A DNA stretch of 64,000 nucleotides from the NCBI GenBank assembly GCA_947175215.1, contig CAMWLR010000001.1:6199-70198 (forward strand), in the 5' to 3' direction. The notes beneath the pieces are model-generated. The model was given only the letters and a program-made list of their open reading frames with translations, did no database searches and was not told the DNA's origin. Position numbers and translations under genes: made by a program. Positions 47,390 to 58,144 of the stretch are shown here, in pieces. Each line of letters opens with the position of its first letter. The first letter of the stretch is position 1. Origin of the DNA: an uncultured Porphyromonadaceae bacterium (GTDB lineage: Bacteria > Bacteroidota > Bacteroidia > Bacteroidales > Muribaculaceae).

Positions 47390-49777
47390 TTAATGGCGGT
47401 GATTACGCGGTTTACCTTTACCTCCCTTCTCCTTACGTGCGGTGGCAGCCTTGCGGGCACGCGAAGCACGGGCAGCGGCTACGGCCTTCTCACCCCGGGT
47501 ACTCTTGGCTTTCTTCTCTTTTTTACCCGGTTTGTCAAGAGTATGAGGGATGGCGCGGGCCGCTTTCTTGGCAGCGGTGTTGCTCAGCGCCTGACGTAAG
47601 GTCACCGTGTTGCCCAGATCATCCTGACCGGGGGTATTGAGACGCGGATCGACCAGTAGGAAATCGAGCTGCTTTTTATCGAGGTTGGCGTTGGCCACCC
47701 TCACGCGCACACGGTCACCGAGACGGTAAACCGTGCCGCGGCGACGACCGCGGATACAATAATTTTTCTCGTCATAGTCATAGTAATCATCGGCGAGATC
47801 GCGCATCGGCACCAGGCCCTCGCAATGATTATCATCGAGTTCGACATATATACCCCACTCGGTCACGCCCGAAATCATACCGTCAAATTCCTCGCTGATA
47901 TGATCCTGCATATACTCGACCTGCTTATACTTGATCGAAGCTCGCTCGGCGTTGGCCGCCAGCTGTTCCATATCAGAGGAGTGTTTGCACTCATCTTCGA
48001 GTTTCTCGACATCTACGCTGCGGCCGCCATTGAGATACTTCTCAAGCAGGCGGTGCACCATCATGTCAGGATAACGACGTATCGGAGAGGTGAAATGTGT
48101 ATAATAGTCAAAGCCGAGGCCATAGTGGCCGACATTCTCGGTGGTGTAAACGGCCTTGGCCATTGTGCGTATTGCGAGGACTGAGAGGAAGTTCTCCTCA
48201 CCCTTACCCTTTACATCCTTGAGCATCTTGTTGAGCGAGCGGTTTATCTCCTTTGAGCTGCCCGAGGTCTTGATTTTGTAACCGAACGCTGACGCGATGG
48301 TGGCGAGATCGGCCAGACGGGTTGCATCGGGTACGTCATGGATGCGGTAGACAAACGGTTTGGCCTTGCGGCGTCCGATCGGTTTGCCGATGGTGGTGGC
48401 CACTGTCTTGTTGGCCAGCAGCATGAACTCCTCGATCAGTTTATTGGCATCTTTTGATTCCTTGAAGTAAACACCAACAGGATGACCTGTCTCATCAAGA
48501 TCAAATCTTACCTCCTCACGGTCAAAGTCAACCGATCCGTTCTCAAACCTCTTGGCACGTAGAGACTTGGCGAGACGATCGAGAATGTTTATCTCCTCGG
48601 CGTAGTCACCTTTGCCGGTCTCGATACGCTCCTGGGCCTCCTCGTAAGTAAAGCGCCGGTCGCTCTCGATGACGGTGCGACAGATACGCGCGTTTAGGAT
48701 GTTGGCGTTGTCGTCAAGCTCGAAAATACATGAGAACGCAAGTTTCTCTTCGTTAGGTCTGAGCGAACAGATGCCGTTGCACAGATGTTCGGGCAGCATC
48801 GGTATGGTGCGGTCGACCAAATATACCGATGTGGCGCGTTGCTTGGCCTCGCGGTCGATAATCGAGTTGGGGGTGACGTAATGTGTGACGTCGGCGATAT
48901 GCACACCCACCTCCCAGTTGCCGTTGGGGAGTTTGCGGATCGACAATGCGTCATCAAAATCCTTGGCGTCCTTGGGGTCGATGGTAAATGTGGTCACCTT
49001 ACGGAAATCCTCACGCCGGGCGACCTCCTGGTCAGTGATGCCGGCGCTGATCTTGTCGGCAGCTTTCTCGACATTGGCGGGATATTTATACGGCAGCCCG
49101 AACTCGGCGAGGATGGCGTGCATCTCGGCCTGGTTGTCACCGGTCTTGCCGAGGATATCAATTACCTCGCCGCGCGGATTCTTGGCATCCTCGGGCCAGT
49201 CGGTAATCTTGACGATAGCCTTGTCGCCGGTCTTGCCACCCTTGAGTTTGGCTTTGGGTATAAAGATGTCACAGGCCAGGAACTTTGAGTCTGTCTTGAG
49301 GAACGCCATAGTCTTGTCTACCTGCAGCGTGCCGATAAAGGTCTGATCTTTTTTCTCGATGATCTCAATCACCTCAGCCTCAGGCTCCTGTCCGCGGCGG
49401 CGCGCGGCGATATGTATCTTGACACGATCGCCGTTGAGAGCGTGTTGCGAATTGCGCTCGGCGATCATGATTGTCTCAGAATCCTCGTCGGTGATCACCG
49501 AGTTCTTGCCGTTTGAGCGACGCACGAATGTGCCGGTAGCGACACTGTTGCGTTCGGGCGACTTATATTTACCTTTCTCTACTTCGATTATCTCTCCGTC
49601 AAACGCCATCTCGGCCAGCATCATGGCCACCGAGCGCTGGGCGACAGGAGTGCGGGCGCCGACACCTGCCGACACCTGCTTATAGTTGAACGTGTTATTG
49701 CCCTGCTTCCAGATATACTCCTGTATCTTGTCATGGAGCTGTTTGCTTGCAGCGGCTTTTGAACCTTTACGGGGCAT
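47390..49777 (-). CDS. rnr: Ribonuclease R
   Basis: TIDPKDAKDFDDALS, GVHIADV, IEEFMLLAN, HFTSPIRRYPDMMVHR, S1 domain, basic C-terminal tail. Confidence 0.96.
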   Translation of the reverse strand: MPRKGSKAAASKQLHDKIQEYIWKQGNNTFNYKQVSAGVGARTPVAQRSVAMMLAEMAFDGEIIEVEKGKYKSPERNSVATGTFVRRSNGKNSVITDEDSETIMIAERNSQHALNGDRVKIHIAARRRGQEPEAEVIEIIEKKDQTFIGTLQVDKTMAFLKTDSKFLACDIFIPKAKLKGGKTGDKAIVKITDWPEDAKNPRGEVIDILGKTGDNQAEMHAILAEFGLPYKYPANVEKAADKISAGITDQEVARREDFRKVTTFTIDPKDAKDFDDALSIRKLPNGNWEVGVHIADVTHYVTPNSIIDREAKQRATSVYLVDRTIPMLPEHLCNGICSLRPNEEKLAFSCIFELDDNANILNARICRTVIESDRRFTYEEAQERIETGKGDYAEEINILDRLAKSLRAKRFENGSVDFDREEVRFDLDETGHPVGVYFKESKDANKLIEEFMLLANKTVATTIGKPIGRRKAKPFVYRIHDVPDATRLADLATIASAFGYKIKTSGSSKEINRSLNKMLKDVKGKGEENFLSVLAIRTMAKAVYTTENVGHYGLGFDYYTHFTSPIRRYPDMMVHRLLEKYLNGGRSVDVEKLEDECKHSSDMEQLAANAERASIKYKQVEYMQDHISEEFDGMISGVTEWGIYVELDDNHCEGLVPMRDLADDYYDYDEKNYCIRGRRRGTVYRLGDRVRVRVANANLDKKQLDFLLVDPRLNTPGQDDLGNTVTLRQALSNTAAKKAARAIPHTLDKPGKKEKKAKSTRGEKAVAAARASRARKAATARKEKGGKGKPRNHRH

Positions 49778-49854
49778 ATTCCCAATATTTTAATAATTCA
49801 TACTAAACCGAGAGTCTCATCCCTCTGCGATATGTTTACTGAGGTACTCTCTAA

Positions 49855-49893
49855 ATACAACGCTTAACATCACAGGAATGTTAAGCGTTGCAT
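49855..49893 (-). terminator. Strong hairpin after gyrB
   Basis: 13-bp perfect stem CAACGCTTAACAT (49858-49870) / ATGTTAAGCGTTG (49878-49890), extendable by a G-U pair on the minus strand. Confidence 0.6.
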
Positions 49894-49909
49894 CAAGTAT
49901 TGTGTAGAA

Positions 49910-51886
49910 TCAGGCGTCAATGTTGGCGTATGTGGCGTTGGCCTCGATAAACTCGCGTCTCGGACCTACATCCTCACCCATGAGCATCGAGAAGATGCGG
50001 TCGGCCTCGGCGGCATCGGTGATCTGCACCTGTTTAAGCAGACGGTGCTCGGGAGACATGGTGGTGTCGCGCAACTCTTGCTCGCTCATCTCACCGAGAC
50101 CTTTATATCGCTGCACCTTGGTCTGCGGGCCGTGGCGGTCGACAAAGGCCTGTCGCTGCTGATCGGTCCAGCAATACTCCTCGACCTTACCTTTAGAGCA
50201 TTTATACAGTGGCGGAGTGGCCAGATAGAGGTATCCCTGCTCGATGATCGGACGCAGGCGGCGGAAGAAGAGGGTCATCAGCAGTGTGGCGATATGGCTG
50301 CCGTCGACATCGGCATCGGTCATGATTATCACCTTGTGATAGGCCAGACGGGCAAGGTTGAGCTCCTTGGGGTCATTCTCTGTACCTATAGTCACGCGCA
50401 GAGCGCGGAAGATATTGGTGATCTGCTCTGAGTCAAAGACCTTATGCTCCATCGCTTTCTCGACATTGAGCACCTTACCGCGCAGAGGCAGGATCGCCTG
50501 ATAACGACGGTCACGTCCGCTCTTGGCCGTACCGCCCGCCGAGTCTCCCTCGACCAGGAAGATCTCACACTCTTCGGCTGTGCGGCTCGAACAGTCGGCG
50601 AGTTTGCCGGGAAGACCGCCGCCGCACAGGGGTGACTTGCGCTGTATCTTGGTGCGCGCGTCGTATGCGGCTTTACGGGCCTGCGCGGCGAGCACGACTT
50701 TGTTGACGATAGTTTTGGCCTCGGCGGGATGCTCCTCAAGATAGTTGCGCAGTGTCTCTGACACAGCTGTCTGCACAGCGCCGATTACCTCATTGTTGCC
50801 GAGTTTGGTTTTGGTCTGTCCCTCAAACTGAGGCTCCATAACCTTGACCGAGACCACGGCAGTGAGTCCCTCGCGGAAGTCGTCACTCGAGATCTCTACC
50901 TTGGCTTTCTCGAGGAGTTTATTATCCTCGGCATATTTCTTGAGGGTCTGTGTCAGACCGCGGCGGAATCCGGTGAGATGCGTACCGCCCTCGATAGTGT
51001 TGATATTGTTGACATATGAGCATACACTCTCGTTAAAGGTGGTGTTATATGTCAGAGCCACCTCGACGGGGATACCCTGGCGCTCGGTGTCGAGATGGAT
51101 CACGTCGGGGATGAGGGGTTCTTTAGAGGCGTCGATATAGCGGACAAACTCCATCAGACCTTTGGCCGAGTAGAACACCTCGCGACGAGGATTTCCCTCT
51201 GCATCGAGGTTACGGCGGTCGGTCAGAGTCAGTGTGATGCCGGCATTGAGGAACGCGAGATCGCGCAGACGCTTGGCCAGCGTCTCATAATCATAGAGGG
51301 TGACCGAGAAGATCGCGGGATCAGGACGGAATGTCACCGATGTTCCATGCTCGTCGGTCTCGCCGATGACGGTGAGGTCGCAGGTGGGTTTACCGCAGGC
51401 ATATTCCTGCATATAAATCCTGCCGTTACGGCGCACCTCGGCGCGCAGATAGGTCGACAGGGCGTTGACACAGCTAACGCCGACACCATGCAGACCGCCC
51501 GACACTTTGTAAGTACCCTTGTCGAACTTACCGCCGGCGTGAAGGACCGTCATAACCACCTCAAGTGCGCTCTTATGCTCCTTTTCATGCATATCCACGG
51601 GGATACCGCGACCATTGTCGACAACAGTGATCGAGTTATCCTCATTGATAGTCACCTCAATATGTGTACAGTATCCGGCGAGCGCCTCGTCAATCGAGTT
51701 GTCGACGACCTCGCTTACCAGATGATGGAGACCTTTTTCGTGCGTATCACCGATATACATGGCCGGGCGCTTCCTGACAGCCTCAAGGCCCTCGAGCACC
51801 TGGATGTTACTGGCGCTGTACTCATCAGAGGGGTTGACCGACGATGAGTCAGCGATATTGTCCAAATCAAAAAGATTGTCTGACAT
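49910..51886 (-). CDS. gyrB: DNA gyrase subunit B
   Basis: EAVRKRPAMYIG, EVVDNSIDE, DNGRGIP, SGGLHGVGVS, EGDSAGG, LPLRGK, MTDADVDGSHI, RYKGLGEM; ends YANIDA. Confidence 0.96.
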   Translation of the reverse strand: MSDNLFDLDNIADSSSVNPSDEYSASNIQVLEGLEAVRKRPAMYIGDTHEKGLHHLVSEVVDNSIDEALAGYCTHIEVTINEDNSITVVDNGRGIPVDMHEKEHKSALEVVMTVLHAGGKFDKGTYKVSGGLHGVGVSCVNALSTYLRAEVRRNGRIYMQEYACGKPTCDLTVIGETDEHGTSVTFRPDPAIFSVTLYDYETLAKRLRDLAFLNAGITLTLTDRRNLDAEGNPRREVFYSAKGLMEFVRYIDASKEPLIPDVIHLDTERQGIPVEVALTYNTTFNESVCSYVNNINTIEGGTHLTGFRRGLTQTLKKYAEDNKLLEKAKVEISSDDFREGLTAVVSVKVMEPQFEGQTKTKLGNNEVIGAVQTAVSETLRNYLEEHPAEAKTIVNKVVLAAQARKAAYDARTKIQRKSPLCGGGLPGKLADCSSRTAEECEIFLVEGDSAGGTAKSGRDRRYQAILPLRGKVLNVEKAMEHKVFDSEQITNIFRALRVTIGTENDPKELNLARLAYHKVIIMTDADVDGSHIATLLMTLFFRRLRPIIEQGYLYLATPPLYKCSKGKVEEYCWTDQQRQAFVDRHGPQTKVQRYKGLGEMSEQELRDTTMSPEHRLLKQVQITDAAEADRIFSMLMGEDVGPRREFIEANATYANIDA

Positions 51887-51961
51887 AAATTGTATAATCT
51901 ATTGAAAATCAATATAAACCCTCTTAGTACCCACAATCTCGCGGTGGTCGGATTTACGTTA

Positions 51962-51993
51962 CAAAGTTACGAAAAAATTCCCACATCCACAAA
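51962..51993 (-). promoter_or_regulatory. Consensus promoter TTTG-N20-TAACTTTG for gyrB
   Basis: Both boxes are exact, with 20-nt spacing. Confidence 0.75.
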
Positions 51994-52010
51994 CTTTTTC
52001 ACCCCGTTTT

Positions 52011-53276
52011 TTAGCCGATTTCCCCCTGTTTCGCGACACTCTGCTCATCATCGCAGGTGACGGACTTATATGTCAGCCTGAACCGATTACCGGCTACCGC
52101 ACACATTAAGATAAAGAGCGTATACGAGGGGAGAAAAAGTCTGTCCCAGGCGTTATATGTCCCCAGATAAATGACAACGAGATTCCCGGCGCACATCATC
52201 CACAAGAATACTGCCATAAGATTAACACGGCCAACGTGTGCGGCACGCCATACAATACCGCCGACCATCAGTAACATAATCAGACAGAGCTGCCCGAATG
52301 TCAGGAATACACCGATACCACCTATGACAATCACCGGTGAGGAAATAAACCCGGGGAAGTTATATTTTATCAGCGGCCAATACCAAGCGATCGGATTACT
52401 CTTAAAATGTGTCAGTGTACGGTCTACAACCTGACAGCTGACGCCGGCGATATATTCGTCGGCGTTTTCCTCACCCACTTCCTGTCTCCATTGCTGCTCC
52501 TTTACGAGCAGTTCGCCAAAAGTGATCAGTCCGATCTTCTGAGCCTGCGTGCATTGATTGATGACCGAGACAACCGAGGGGGTGAATACACCACACCGCT
52601 TCTCGACCATGCGGCAATATCCCAACAACATAACCACCCCGATGACGACCGCGGCAACCAGACCCGCTCCACACCGATAACGGCGACGACAGAGACACCA
52701 CACCCCGATGACAGTCAGAACGATGGGGATATAACTGAACGATGGTCTGAGGAAGATCAGGAATATCAGCATAAACAGCACGCCGGCAAACGACCCCCAA
52801 TCGGCACGGCGCATAAACCTGATGTATGCCGCCGTCAGGAAGACGCACCCTGACACGGCTAACGGTTCGGTCAGCACAAGCGCGTTAAATCGCAAGATCT
52901 CAGGACAGAAAGCGTATGCGCACGTCGTGAGCAACACCCAAATCCGCGACAGCCGCAGGCTGACACATATCCCATAGAGACATACCACACTGACATAAAA
53001 AACAAATGTCTGAAACAGTACGACCGCCTGCAATGCCATATCGCCCGCAATGTATTGCGCCGACGCTATGAGTGCGGGATAGACCGGCGTGCGGAAAATA
53101 TCTATCTCCCCCCCTCTCAACAATCGGGCGGCGTCGAGATATGACTGAGTGTCGTATGGTACAGGCTGACGGGCAAACAGCGTAATCAGCACCTGCAAAA
53201 TCACCGACATCGCCAGTATGATCCACAATTGACGTGACTGCAATAATTGTATGGATTTTGACAGAGCTGCTTTCAT
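52011..53276 (-). CDS. Polytopic membrane protein, GT-C fold glycosyltransferase-like (ArnT/PMT-like)
   Basis: First TM followed by YDTQSY, RTPVYP, LTEPL, FLRPSF, DRLFLP; about 10 TM helices. Pattern recognition only. Confidence 0.6.
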   Translation of the reverse strand: MKAALSKSIQLLQSRQLWIILAMSVILQVLITLFARQPVPYDTQSYLDAARLLRGGEIDIFRTPVYPALIASAQYIAGDMALQAVVLFQTFVFYVSVVCLYGICVSLRLSRIWVLLTTCAYAFCPEILRFNALVLTEPLAVSGCVFLTAAYIRFMRRADWGSFAGVLFMLIFLIFLRPSFSYIPIVLTVIGVWCLCRRRYRCGAGLVAAVVIGVVMLLGYCRMVEKRCGVFTPSVVSVINQCTQAQKIGLITFGELLVKEQQWRQEVGEENADEYIAGVSCQVVDRTLTHFKSNPIAWYWPLIKYNFPGFISSPVIVIGGIGVFLTFGQLCLIMLLMVGGIVWRAAHVGRVNLMAVFLWMMCAGNLVVIYLGTYNAWDRLFLPSYTLFILMCAVAGNRFRLTYKSVTCDDEQSVAKQGEIG

Positions 53277-53321
53277 ATCATCTCACACAGGATTATCTCA
53301 TGCAGGTTGCAATTTCCCGGA

Positions 53322-54593
53322 TCACGCAAAGATTTCAGAGTATATGCGGTCTGTCGCTCCGAGATTGTCACTGATATATTTCCCCGCGGCAGCGCCCGAG
53401 CGCTTCATCAGAGCCTCATCAGCCAGGAATCTATCGGCGAGAGTCTCAAAAGCATCTTTATCGGCAACGGAGTATCCGCCGCCGCAGGTGATAAGATCAG
53501 ACGCTTCCTTAAATTTAGAATGGTTTGGGCCGAAAATCACCGGCATACCGTAGACAGCCGCCTCGTTGAGGTTATGAATACCTGCGCCGAACCCTCCCCC
53601 GATATACGCCACATCGGCATACCGGTAAAGGGTAGAGAGTTTGCCGAACGAGTCGACGATCAGTCCTCTCACCTCAGACATCCATCCCGGCAGCTGCTTA
53701 TCCTCCTTACGATGACTTTTGACAACGTTTATCCACTCTGACAGTAGCATCACCTTACCATTGGTAAAGCGGTTGCGCAACGCCTCGAGGCGCATCTCGT
53801 TGAACTCATGAGGTGCTATCAGAAATGAAACTTCGGGATGGGCATTGAGCCACGGCACATAGATATCCTCATCAGACTCCCACGAACTGCCCGCGATAAA
53901 TTTTATCCGTGCATCACGTGCAAACTCAGTGATGCCGGGGATCTCTACCGTCGAGTTCATCACATCTGTCACACGGTCAAAGCGCGTGTCACCGGCCACG
54001 GTCACATTCTCGACACCAATTACCTTTAGCAGACGGCGCGAACGTTCATCCTGCACATACAGACGGGTGAAATAACCGAGCATCCGTCTGAACATTCCTC
54101 CACCGCTGCGGAAGAAACGTTGCCCGGGGCGGAATATCGAGGAGATCAGATAGGTAGGGATACCCCGTGCATGAAGTTCCTCAAGATAGTTACCCCAAAA
54201 CTCATATTTAATAAATATCGCTTTAGACGGGCGGGCAAGGTCAAGAAATTTCCTCACCTTGCGGGGGGAGTCAAACGGCAGGTAGACCACCGCGTCGGCA
54301 AAGTGGTAATTCTTCCTCACTTCATATCCCGATGGGGAGAAGAAACTGAGCAGCACAGGTGTCTCGGGATGCTCGCGTTTAAGTCGCTCGATCATCGGTC
54401 GCCCTTGCTCAAACTCGCCCAGTGACGAGGCATGAAACCACACTGCACCGGGCTTGTCGGCGAGTTTGTGGCGCAGCAATTCTGATGTCCTGAGCTGACC
54501 TCTGAGCATCTTTCTGACTTTCACACTCTTGAGCGACACTATTTGAGCGGCGGCTCCATAGAGTGTGATGGCGGTGTTATAGAGCAGGTTCAC
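53322..54593 (-). CDS. waaA: 3-deoxy-D-manno-octulosonic acid transferase
   Basis: WFHASSLGEF, SFFSPSGY, YLPFD, GDTRFDRV, IAGSSW, LIAPHE, GIHNLNEAA..G.PV.FGPN. GTG start. Confidence 0.94.
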   Translation of the reverse strand: MNLLYNTAITLYGAAAQIVSLKSVKVRKMLRGQLRTSELLRHKLADKPGAVWFHASSLGEFEQGRPMIERLKREHPETPVLLSFFSPSGYEVRKNYHFADAVVYLPFDSPRKVRKFLDLARPSKAIFIKYEFWGNYLEELHARGIPTYLISSIFRPGQRFFRSGGGMFRRMLGYFTRLYVQDERSRRLLKVIGVENVTVAGDTRFDRVTDVMNSTVEIPGITEFARDARIKFIAGSSWESDEDIYVPWLNAHPEVSFLIAPHEFNEMRLEALRNRFTNGKVMLLSEWINVVKSHRKEDKQLPGWMSEVRGLIVDSFGKLSTLYRYADVAYIGGGFGAGIHNLNEAAVYGMPVIFGPNHSKFKEASDLITCGGGYSVADKDAFETLADRFLADEALMKRSGAAAGKYISDNLGATDRIYSEIFA

Positions 54594-54630
54594 TCTTATG
54601 ATAAGATTAAGGGCAGGTGGTGGTCAGGTC

Positions 54631-56169
54631 TCAATTCTGAGGTACTTCGATTTTCTCAATGGCTTTTTTGAGGCGTGCGACAGTCTCATCGAGACCGAGC
54701 AGCTCGGTGATGTCAAACATGTGCGGACCTTTACACTGCCCGACGACTGCCAGACGGAACGCATTCATGACATTACCCAGATGATACCCCTTGTCGGCGA
54801 TCCACTGGAGCACGACCGGTTCGGCAGCTTTTGACGAGAAATCATCGAGGCCTTGCAGCACGCCGATCAGCTCCTCCATAATGCGGGGAGTATCCTCTTT
54901 CCAGCGTTTGCGGATATCCTTCTCGGCGTAGCTGTCGGGGGCTTTGAAGAAGAAGTACCCCTGCTCCCAGAGATCGGGCAGCAGTTCGGCGCGCCCCTTG
55001 ACCATATCAAACGCGCGGGCGGTATATTCCGCTGTGAAGTCATCGGGATTGACCCCGTTGTCAGTCATTATCTGACGCATCAACACGGCCAACTCATCGC
55101 CGGGGGTATTCATAATATATTCGTGGTTAAACCACTTACCCTTCTCAAAGGCGAAACGCGCGCCCGACTTAGAGCAATGCTCAAATGAGAATTTCTCGAT
55201 AAGCTGATCAACCGACATCACCTCGGTATCGTCACCGGGATTCCACCCTAACAGAGCCAGGAAGTTGACAAGCGCCTCGGGGAGGTAACCTTTTTCACGG
55301 AATCCGGATGAGGTCTCGCCACTCTTGGGGTCGTGCCACTCGAGAGGGAAGACCGGGAAGCCCAGGCGGTCACCGTCACGCTTTGAGAGCTTGCCTTTAC
55401 CGTCGGGCTTGAGCAGCAACGGCAGGTGGACAAAGCGGGGGGCGGTGTCGCTCCAGCCGAACGCCTCATAAAGGAGCACGTGCAGTGGCGCCGACGGCAA
55501 CCACTCCTCACCGCGTATCACGTGGCTGACCTCCATCAGATGGTCATCGACAATATTGGCCAGGTGATATGTGGGGAGATCATCGGCGCTCTTATAGAGC
55601 ACCTTATCATCAAGGATATTAGAATTGATAACTACCTTACCGCGGATAAGGTCATCGACCACCACGTCGCGACCGGGCTCGACCAGAAAGCGCACCACGT
55701 ATGATGTACAGGCGGCAATCAGGGCATCGACCTCCTCGCGGGGCATCGACAGCGAGTTACGCATCGACATACGTGTCGAGGCATCATATTGGAAGTTGGC
55801 CTTCTCGGCACGCGCTTTCTCGAGTTCGGCAGGGGTATCAAATGCGATATACGCCTTGCCGGCATCAAGCAACTTCTTGACAAACTCGCGGTAAATATCA
55901 CGGCGCTCACTCTGTTTGTACGGGCCGTATGCGCCACCCTCACGGACGCCCTCATCAATCTTTATCCCGAGCCATTTGAGTGACTCATTGATATAATCCT
56001 CGGCCCCCGGCACAAAGCGCTGAGAGTCGGTATCCTCGATTCTGAGAATCATGTCGCCGCCGTTCTGACGTGCAAAAAGGTAGTTATAGAGAGCGGTACG
56101 CACACCTCCGATATGCAGAGGGCCGGTGGGTGACGGAGCAAAGCGCACCCTTACTTTTCTTTGTGTCAT
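54631..56169 (-). CDS. gltX: Glutamate--tRNA ligase
   Basis: [14 protein letters not shown] (HIGH), [29 protein letters not shown]. Confidence 0.97.
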   Translation of the reverse strand: MTQRKVRVRFAPSPTGPLHIGGVRTALYNYLFARQNGGDMILRIEDTDSQRFVPGAEDYINESLKWLGIKIDEGVREGGAYGPYKQSERRDIYREFVKKLLDAGKAYIAFDTPAELEKARAEKANFQYDASTRMSMRNSLSMPREEVDALIAACTSYVVRFLVEPGRDVVVDDLIRGKVVINSNILDDKVLYKSADDLPTYHLANIVDDHLMEVSHVIRGEEWLPSAPLHVLLYEAFGWSDTAPRFVHLPLLLKPDGKGKLSKRDGDRLGFPVFPLEWHDPKSGETSSGFREKGYLPEALVNFLALLGWNPGDDTEVMSVDQLIEKFSFEHCSKSGARFAFEKGKWFNHEYIMNTPGDELAVLMRQIMTDNGVNPDDFTAEYTARAFDMVKGRAELLPDLWEQGYFFFKAPDSYAEKDIRKRWKEDTPRIMEELIGVLQGLDDFSSKAAEPVVLQWIADKGYHLGNVMNAFRLAVVGQCKGPHMFDITELLGLDETVARLKKAIEKIEVPQN

Positions 56170-56219
56170 TCAGTATAAGGTGTTTACCGCGACCGCGGGG
56201 AGTCGCCGGAATTTCAGTG

Positions 56220-56227
56220 CAAAATTA
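56220..56227 (-). promoter_or_regulatory. -7 box (TAATTTTG) upstream of gltX
   Basis: Exact TAnnTTTG 50 nt before the start codon. Confidence 0.55.
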
Positions 56228-56269
56228 ATAAAATTTTCCTTAACGGAATTTTAATTTCGCGAATATTTA

Positions 56270-56288
56270 TCAGCGTCATTTACGCTGA
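56270..56288 (-). terminator. Short hairpin after the acyl-CoA ligase gene
   Basis: TCAGCGT / ACGCTGA 7-bp stem with a 5-nt loop; weak U-tract. Confidence 0.35.
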
Positions 56289-56316
56289 CGGGTGATTTGG
56301 CATTTACGCGGGTGGC

Positions 56317-57969
56317 TTATTTATAGATAAAACGCCTGATCGAGTGTTTGGGGGTGCGCTCAAAGTCCTCGGCCTGTATCTCTATCTCAGACACGCGGGC
56401 ATAAGCCGGCAGAGCACGGTTGAGTTCGGTCAGCAATCCCTTGACCCGTTCGTTGGTGGCAGCCTCGTCAAGCCCCTCCTTACGGGCGGAATCATAATCC
56501 GGGTGCACCAGAGCCACTAACTTGCCGTTGCGCTCGACGACGATGCTCGCGTTGACCAGGGGCATATCATTGAGCACGATCTCGACCTCCTCGGGGTATA
56601 TGTTCTGACCCGATGGCCCGAGTATCATATTCTTCTCGCGACCGCGGATATAGATATACCCGTCAGAGTCCATTGTGCAGATGTCGCCCGTGTTGAGCCA
56701 TCCGTCATCGGTCATCGCCTCGCGCGTAGCCTCATCATTCTTAAAGTACCCTCTCATCACATTCGGACCTTTAAGATACAGCACCCCGGGGATATTAGCG
56801 GGATCAGGCGAGTCTATGCGAGCTTGCATACCGTCGACAATGCGGCCGCAGGAGTGAGGACGCTGCGTAGCCCACCACTCGTATGTAACCAGCGGGGCAC
56901 ACTCGGTCATGCCATATCCGATTGTAAAGGGGAACTTGATCTTGCGCAGAAACTCCTCGACATCGGCAGTCACAGGGGCGCCCCCGAGTATCAGCTCCTT
57001 GAGTTGACCGCCGAATGCGCCAAGCAGTTGCTTGCGCACCTTTGAGTATACCACCTGTCTTAATCCGGGGATAGCGCTCATAAACTTTACGGCAGGTTTC
57101 TGCAGGGCGGGGAACACCTTGCTCTTTACAATCTTCTCGATGACCAGCGGCACGGTGATGACAAGCTGAGGTTTGACCTGAGCGAAAGCATCAAGAAGCA
57201 CTTTTGGCGAGGGCACACGCCCTAAGAAAGTCACATGACAGCCGCGGCAGAGAGGGAAGAGGAACTCAAACACCAGCCCGTACATGTGGGCAAGCGGGAG
57301 CATACTCAGCATACCGTCACCGGGATGCAGGAAATCAATCTGACGCAACGCAAAGCCGATATTACCCCAGAGATTGCCGTATGTGATCATCACCCCCTTT
57401 GAGTTGCCGGTCGACCCTGATGTGTAATTGATAAGGGCCAAAGCGTCAGCATCGGGGTCGGGATATTTGACGTCTTTGCTACTGAATCCGTCGGGATAAA
57501 GTTTGGCAAACCGGGCATCCATATCCTTGACCGCCCCGGTGAGTTTGTCACCGTCACGCTCAAACACCACACTCAGATCCTCGATAAGTACCACACCCTC
57601 GACTTGGGGCATATTGTTGGTATCGAGTTGGTCGGCGATACCTTTCTCGGTAAAGAGTATGCGCGCCTCGGCGTGAGTGACCAGATGCTCGATATTGGCC
57701 GGTTTGAACTCATGCAGCAACGGCACGACCACAGCGCCGTATGTCAGCGCACTCAGGAATGTCGCCGCCCAGTCAGCCGAATTCTTGGCACAGAGAGCCA
57801 CGCGGTCACCCTGTTTGACGCCGGCCGCCTCATATAAAGAATGTAGCCTCTCTATACGCTCGGCCAGTCTGCCGTAGGTATATGTCTTACCCTTGAAATC
57901 AGAGAGAGCATCGCGCTGCCAGTTGTCTACAATGCTGCGTGATATGGTTTTTATGAGGTGATCTTTCAT
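56317..57969 (-). CDS. Long-chain fatty-acid--CoA ligase (AMP-binding family)
   Basis: YTSGSTGNSKG, LPLAHMYG, GYGMTE, WLNTGD, RGREKNMI. Start reset to MKDHLIK (57969). Confidence 0.92.
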   Translation of the reverse strand: MKDHLIKTISRSIVDNWQRDALSDFKGKTYTYGRLAERIERLHSLYEAAGVKQGDRVALCAKNSADWAATFLSALTYGAVVVPLLHEFKPANIEHLVTHAEARILFTEKGIADQLDTNNMPQVEGVVLIEDLSVVFERDGDKLTGAVKDMDARFAKLYPDGFSSKDVKYPDPDADALALINYTSGSTGNSKGVMITYGNLWGNIGFALRQIDFLHPGDGMLSMLPLAHMYGLVFEFLFPLCRGCHVTFLGRVPSPKVLLDAFAQVKPQLVITVPLVIEKIVKSKVFPALQKPAVKFMSAIPGLRQVVYSKVRKQLLGAFGGQLKELILGGAPVTADVEEFLRKIKFPFTIGYGMTECAPLVTYEWWATQRPHSCGRIVDGMQARIDSPDPANIPGVLYLKGPNVMRGYFKNDEATREAMTDDGWLNTGDICTMDSDGYIYIRGREKNMILGPSGQNIYPEEVEIVLNDMPLVNASIVVERNGKLVALVHPDYDSARKEGLDEAATNERVKGLLTELNRALPAYARVSEIEIQAEDFERTPKHSIRRFIYK

Positions 57970-58114
57970 CTTTTGACCTGTTTTTAACGTTATGTATATG
58001 GTATCATAACAAATTTTTTCCTTACTTTGTAAACGACAAGCAGGTAAAATTGCTCTCATGCCTACCGAAATCGAGGAGATAACGGTCTGTGACATACTGA
58101 TTCACAATTAGATG

Positions 58115-58122
58115 CAAAATTA
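58115..58122 (-). promoter_or_regulatory. -7 box (TAATTTTG) for the acyl-CoA ligase gene
   Basis: Exact TAnnTTTG in the divergent spacer. Confidence 0.45.
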
Positions 58123-58144
58123 ATAAAAATTTATAAATAAAGAT

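Noticed and set aside
47390-47600. Lys/Ala/Arg-rich RNase R tail
   Set aside because: A basic C-terminal tail is a known RNase R feature.
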